Assembly (NCBI GenBank): GCA_000708835.1
Contig: DF237405.1
Location: forward strand, 1 to 64,000
DNA: 64,000 nucleotides
From: Klebsormidium nitens
Taxonomy: Eukaryota > Plantae > Klebsormidiophyceae
Direction of reading: 5' to 3'
The notes beneath the pieces are model-generated. The model was not told the origin of the DNA and did not search any database. It worked only from the letters and a program-made list of their open reading frames with translations. The translations under genes and the position numbers were made by a program. Positions 58,605 through 64,000 of this stretch are shown one piece after another. Position 1 is the stretch's first letter; each line of letters opens with the position of its first letter.

Positions 58605-61600
58605 CTAACCTGTCGTTGCTACGGCAGGCAAAGGTGTCGGTATTCTCTGCACTCCCACGTCTTCTCGGCTCTTGCCCGCGTTTAAGCTCCCAAATCCTCC
58701 AACACCCAGTCCGCTGCTTACTGGCCTTCGATAACCCGTGTCGAAGGCCCCCGGCCGAGCGCCCTCTTGAGCCTGCCACAGGCCTAAGGTCGCACTAGAC
58801 AGGCGGTCACCATCGCTCCCGTTCGGAGGCTTGTACAATACCTTGCCACCCGCCGGTGGAATGGATGCATACGTACTACTGGGAGGTTTGTACGAGGTGG
58901 TTGTCGAAGGGACACCAGATGCCGGGCCCGACCCCGGCCTTGTGTACAGCGGTGCTCCCCCGGCTGCCGTTGGCGCCTTGTAGGCACTACTGTGCGGCTG
59001 GGGAACGCTTGTGAAGGGACGAGTGGTCGGGGCAGGGATAGAGGCGCCTGATGAGCATACAAACGTCTCGTGTGAGAATGATTCCACAAGCCTGCCAGGC
59101 GTTTGGAAGAATGGGGAGGAGTGCCAAGTCTGCGAAGGTCTTTCGCTTTTCAGAAAGAGCGGTACTTTGGGAGAAGGTTGCGCGTTGTCCCAGGTTGTCT
59201 GCGCCACACATCGAAGATGAGAGCCTCGATTCCATCCGCATTTGACAAGTGAGAGACGAGCGTCGAGAAAGATGAAATAAAACCAGAATTCGAGCCTGCC
59301 GGAATGACGCACCGTAAGAGGTGCCGGCCGATGGCCGCGCGGCAGCATCAGGGGCTGCGCTCGGTGCGGTGAAGGACGTGATGGGCTTGAAGGAGAAGCG
59401 CGTGGCCGCCGGCCCGGAGTTGAGCTTGCCGAGCTGCGCTTCCGTGACCTGGGTGTTGAGCCACTGGATCATCTGCTGGTCCGACTTGAGCGTCTCCTGC
59501 GCCTCGTCCAGCTTGGCCTTCAGGTCCGCAGCCTGAGAAGCACAGAAAGCGCGTCAACGGCGTGTTTTCTTTGGGGGAGTCGAGAAGCACAGAGCTTTAG
59601 AATGGCTTTAGAAATCTCTTCGGTATCATTTCCACGCTCCGGGCTTTCTCACGTTGGAGAGTCTGAATCTCAAAAATCCGCTTGCGTCGCTCAACCCAGC
59701 CGTTCCACTTGACCCCGTCCTCCATTTGATCTCATCCTCGTGTGGCGGTTCGTGACCGGATACAGGAAGTTTTGATGCGGAAGAGACGGTTTGTGCACCG
59801 CTATGAAAGGTATCGACTCACCTTCGATCTGAGGGTCTCATTCTCGGCCTTGAGCTCGGCTACCTGTTCCCTGACCGCACTGTTTTCGCGCAAACTTTTC
59901 TCGATCGTCGCCTGCCGTTCGGCGAGCAGGTTCTCTTGCTGCGCTGTGACTGCTGCCTTCAGCTTCAGCTTCGATCTGCTGGCACGAAGCTCCGTCTGCA
60001 AGAGAAAGCACCAATCTTCCGGTCTAGGCGAAAATCTTTTAGGCAAATGGAGACGACTGAGAATCGGAGATTTGCAACCGATTGGAAAGGTGGCGAACAG
60101 AATTGACGAGAATCAGATCGGGTTTTCAGAAACGTTCTGAGGTTGTCAGAGAAGAAACGAAGATGTCACGAATTCCCTTTAGAATGTCAAGAAATGGATC
60201 TTGCAAGCTGAAGACCTTTACAAATAGCCGCGCACCTGCAGTTTCTCGATGATCTGATTCCCCTTGTTGATCTCAGCTGCGCTTGCTGTGACCCGCTCCT
60301 CTGCCCTCGCTGCCGCAGCCTGGCTTTCTTTCCAGGACTGTTCCACTGCCGCTCGGTGGCTCTGCTCACTCTCCAGCTGCTGACTGACTTTCGACAGAAG
60401 CTCCTCCTTGTCGTGAACCTACAGGAGCAACAATTGACGTCACCAAGGGGACAACGATTTCTCGAAGGCATCTCTAGCTCACTCTGACAAGCTTCGCGTC
60501 ACATAGTCAAGTCCCCATTTTCGAACTATCCAACAAAGCATTGGCAACAAATTGCAAGCGTAAACCTACCTGCTGCTCAAGGGCACTCAGCCGAATGAGA
60601 TGCCTGTTGAGGACCTTTTCGGCCTCGTGCTTCTCTCCGTCTAAGGCCTTGTTGTCTGCTCGGAGCTTCTCGCACTCCTGAGGGAAGCCAGAACAAGCGG
60701 TTTGACAAAGCCACCCTGAGCGGAGTTTTCACCATTCAGATTGACAGAAACATCCGAAGCGAAGCTCTCACCAGACGAGGCGACCAGTGCTGATTGCCAT
60801 GCAGTCGTCATCGAATTTGCAAATCGTCCAAGACGCTTAATCGGATGCAAGCCATCAGCAGCGTGACTCATACGGATCAACAATTCTTGGCCGATCTTAC
60901 CTTTTGCATCTGCTGGAGATCATCGTCCACTGCGTTGAGCTTGCCGTTCAGCTCAGCCAATCGCGTTTCTAGTGCATACTTGGTGTCCAACAAGCTTCGC
61001 ACTTGCTTGTCCAGGTCAGTGTTCCGCTCTTGCAACTTGTCATTCTGGGCCCTGTACCGGGCCTCGGTTTCTAGCCGCTCCCGCTCAAGCCTGTCCTTCA
61101 AACTGGTCAAGTCTTGCAGTGCCTGGCAAAACAGGTGAGAAAGCATCAAGAGTGTACGAAAAACGCTCGCAAATTCGTCATGGATTTCAGGACTTGTTAA
61201 CAGATCCAAACGGCCAAGAAACACAAATTGCAACAAGGGCGAGAAGCAATCATCCCGTGTAGTTCAAAGGGCAACACCCTACCTTCTCTTTCTCTGCGGT
61301 GACCGCTAATGCTTGTTCGCCCTTCAATTCGCTGACATACCGGGTGTTACTGTCCTTCAGCTTGGATACCTCACTGTGGAAGAACGCAAACGGTAAGTGA
61401 TGAAACCAGAAGGCTACACCTGGTTGCCATGTGAATGGAAGAAGCATGACTGTCAGGAACATCAGCAGCTAGCTGAGACGCTGGCAGGTCAGTCAAGATG
61501 GCAGGAGGAGACAGGAAGTGCGTACGACGTCCCACCTTGCCAACCTCGAATTATCCTTTTGCGCTGTGTCCAGCATGTGCAGTGCCCTTGTTAGTTTTTC

Positions 61601-62949
61601 GTGATAGTCATGGTTGGCTGCCTGTACACAGGGAAGCCAACTCAGTTGTATTATCAGCCATTTGATTGTGAATCCACCAACGTTCACTTTTAAAAAGGAA
61701 TCAGTTTACAGCATGGGAAGAGTAACTACCAGTGTGAGGAGATGCAAGAGTCTCATCATAAAAGATGAGAAAAGATTGCCTTGAAATAAAAATGACGGTG
61801 TGGGCGAGTAGAATAAGGGCTCACCTTGAACTCTGCCAGCCTCCCTGCAAGATACTGCTTCACCGCAGCATCATTCCCAGGACGAAAGTTCAGGGATATG
61901 TGGCTCAGATGCTTGAACTGGTTGGTTTCTACAATGCTGACGGACGAGTCTCCGCCTCGGAGCCGGAGAATGGCAACAAATCTGCAAATAAAGGGCAAGT
62001 AAAAGTTCGCAAGTCGCCAAGATGGTAGGAAGCATCAGGTGCTCGCTTCTCTATCTAAGGACCACCTGCAGACTTTTGTAAGCCCATGCTGTTCAGTGTC
62101 CTTGGCAGGCAAGACCAGTGCGAGGTTCTCACCTCGGGGAAGCCTGTACCCTTGCTTCGACGCACTTCTCCAGCAGCTCAATGAATTTGGAAGGGAAGGT
62201 TGCAAAGTCGACCAGGATGCACTGCTCCACTTTCAGGGACTGGAAGTCCTCTTCGCTGACTTCCAGAGTGTGGACAAAGAACGGGTCTGCTTCACTTGTG
62301 AGCTGAACCCTCAGCACCTAAAAACCAGATATGGAGTCAGGCAGAGCAGTAGGCTTCGATAGCAAAGTATGTTTCCTGCGGTGTGGGCAGCAGGAACCAT
62401 CTGTGGAACATTACCATCTCAGAGACCCTGACAGTTTTCTCGCTGAAAGCAACACTTGCAAGTTTCCCCAAAAATGATCATCTAAGTAGTCTGCTTGACT
62501 GAGATAGCTTGTTGATACCCGCCTGTTGCTTGTATGCTTGTTCATGCCCAAACCCTAATCAGCACCGCCTGCCGAAAATGGCAGCATCCTGAACCAAGAA
62601 GTACCATCTTGGTCTCCAGAAGCTGCAGACCTTTCTGGAGCTTTGCACCATGTGCCGCATCCTGTTTATATTGCAGAAAAATACATTAGCAGTCCCAGAA
62701 AGTCTTGCAAATCCATGATCTTGAAGGTGCTTAGTACCTTCGTACATGCTTTCACTTCATCTTCCTTGAACTCACCCGGGTGTTCCTGTTCTGCCGGCTT
62801 GAACCCAGTGTTATCCTCACAGATAGTTCCTCCTGCCTGTCTTCATGGCCTGCCTTGCTAATACGAACAGGAACAGGCTTCTCAAAAAGATCATTCATAT
62901 CCTCCATGCTTTCCAGTGCTCTGGAAGATTCACCAGTAGAAAGTGTCAT
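58605..62949 (-). CDS. SAS6: Spindle assembly abnormal protein 6 (centriole cartwheel protein); start at 62949 or 62907
   Basis: Head domain LRVQLTSEADPFFVHTLEVSEEDFQSLKVEQCILVDFATFPSKFIELLEKC and SIVETNQFKHLSHISLNFRPGNDAAVKQYLA, a long coiled coil, QMIQWLNTQVTEAQL, and a Pro/Ser/Thr-rich tail. Confidence 0.94.
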
Positions 62950-63634
62950 GTTCTGCCCTTTCTTCTGGACTCTAGAGCAATGCCCTTGACAGGATGTCCC
63001 CAATGCAGAGCTTTGTCGCTATCATGAATCAGTCAAGACGTGAATTTATGGAGAGCTACAAGACCAGCCGCCGCTGTCGCAAGCAGCTCAAGAAGGCTGG
63101 ATTAATTGTCCTGACTTCAGGTTGGGGAAAAGCTGGTGCTTTTTTTAGGCTCTCTTAAAACATAGCGTGTGCATTCTCTTTATGTGTGCACTGCATGCAC
63201 TGCCAAGTGGCCACTTTCAAGTTTAGGGTATAGATGTGAGAACTTGAGTCCGTTTCAGATCCCCTCTCTTCGGTCCTTGTAATCCTTTTTCCACCTCGTC
63301 CCTGATCAGAGCTCTCGTCTTTCGATCAGATGTCAGCAGTGCTTGCCAGGGCAGGAGCGTGCTTGCCGTTCTGGCGTTCTGCCCTGGGCCTTAGGTACCT
63401 AAGAACTTGAAATCAGAGGTGTCAAACAGTCAAAGCCTCTACCAAATTGAGGCTAGGACACCATGATGCGCCCTTTTTGAATTTGAAATTTTGATATGCA
63501 CTTTCAAATTGCGATAACATCCAACCGTCAATTGAAACTCAAAACAAACTTTGAACGGTTCCAATCATCGGCCTCGTGTTGATTCGCGCCAGGCCCCAGG
63601 GCTCATGCTGGAATTCTGGCATTTGCGCGTACAC

Positions 63635-64000
63635 CTAGTTTCCAGCATGACATCTGGAGGAGCTCTTCCCTCTTCCCTCTTCCCTCTTCGGACTTCCCTC
63701 TTCCTCTTCAAGTTCTGGTACTTTTTTGTCTTTCATCCAACTGACGCAGTTGCTAAAGTCCTTCTGCCCATCCTGACTGCCTGTCAGTGTTAAAACGTGA
63801 GACAAGGGGCATACGACAGATGGCGGGACGCAAATACTGTTTCCTGATGGACACACTGCAAAGTCAGCTGTTTTGCATCTTTTTCTTCGCCAGCGGGCTC
63901 TTTCTTGGTGGAACATGGACCGCCGATGCCGCAAACTCTACCGCTCTTGCCAACACCACACTCGCCCTTAATATTACTGCAAATTCGTCCACTCCCAGTG
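63635..64000 (-). CDS. Possible 3' exons of a gene entering from beyond the window edge
   Basis: An open frame at the edge encodes SGRICSNIKGECGVGKSGRVCGIGGPC. An acceptor-like CTGACAG near 63783 is followed by an open frame to a stop at 63635. No family recognised. Confidence 0.3.

Overview
This is a gene-dense, intron-rich eukaryotic window, not prokaryotic DNA. Plant-type genes (arogenate dehydratase, group-C Raf-like kinase, OBAP) sit together with centriole genes (SAS-6, CEP120), which suggests a flagellate-producing green-lineage organism, most likely a streptophyte alga of the Klebsormidium type (inference). I could assemble 14 protein-coding genes by hand from GT/GC-AG splice sites: APRT, Raf-like kinase, TBL2, a degenerate M50 protease homolog, ADT/PDT, a UBC8/UBE2H-type E2, D2HGDH, RPL4, a CEP120-like gene, a putative SLDP-like lipid-droplet protein, WDR12/YTM1, RPS4, OBAP, a TPR-metallo-beta-lactamase fusion and SAS-6. 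The SLDP-like model is tentative, and there is a possible partial gene at the right edge. Several MITE-like inverted-repeat elements lie between genes. The most interesting items are: (1) a TPR domain fused to an MBL hydrolase resembling the actinobacterial Rv0634c glyoxalase-II type; (2) an intronless site-2-protease-like membrane protein with substituted catalytic residues and a Cys-rich tail; (3) a candidate algal SLDP-like protein and an OBAP gene whose upstream region carries RY/ABRE-like motifs; (4) a CEP120 with only one C2 domain; (5) MITEs that share a telomere-like core but have different terminal repeats. I saw no rRNA, tRNA or CRISPR array. Most ORFs in the supplied track are shadow frames of GC-rich exons. 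Gene boundaries come from manual splicing, and family assignments come from remembered motifs, not database searches.
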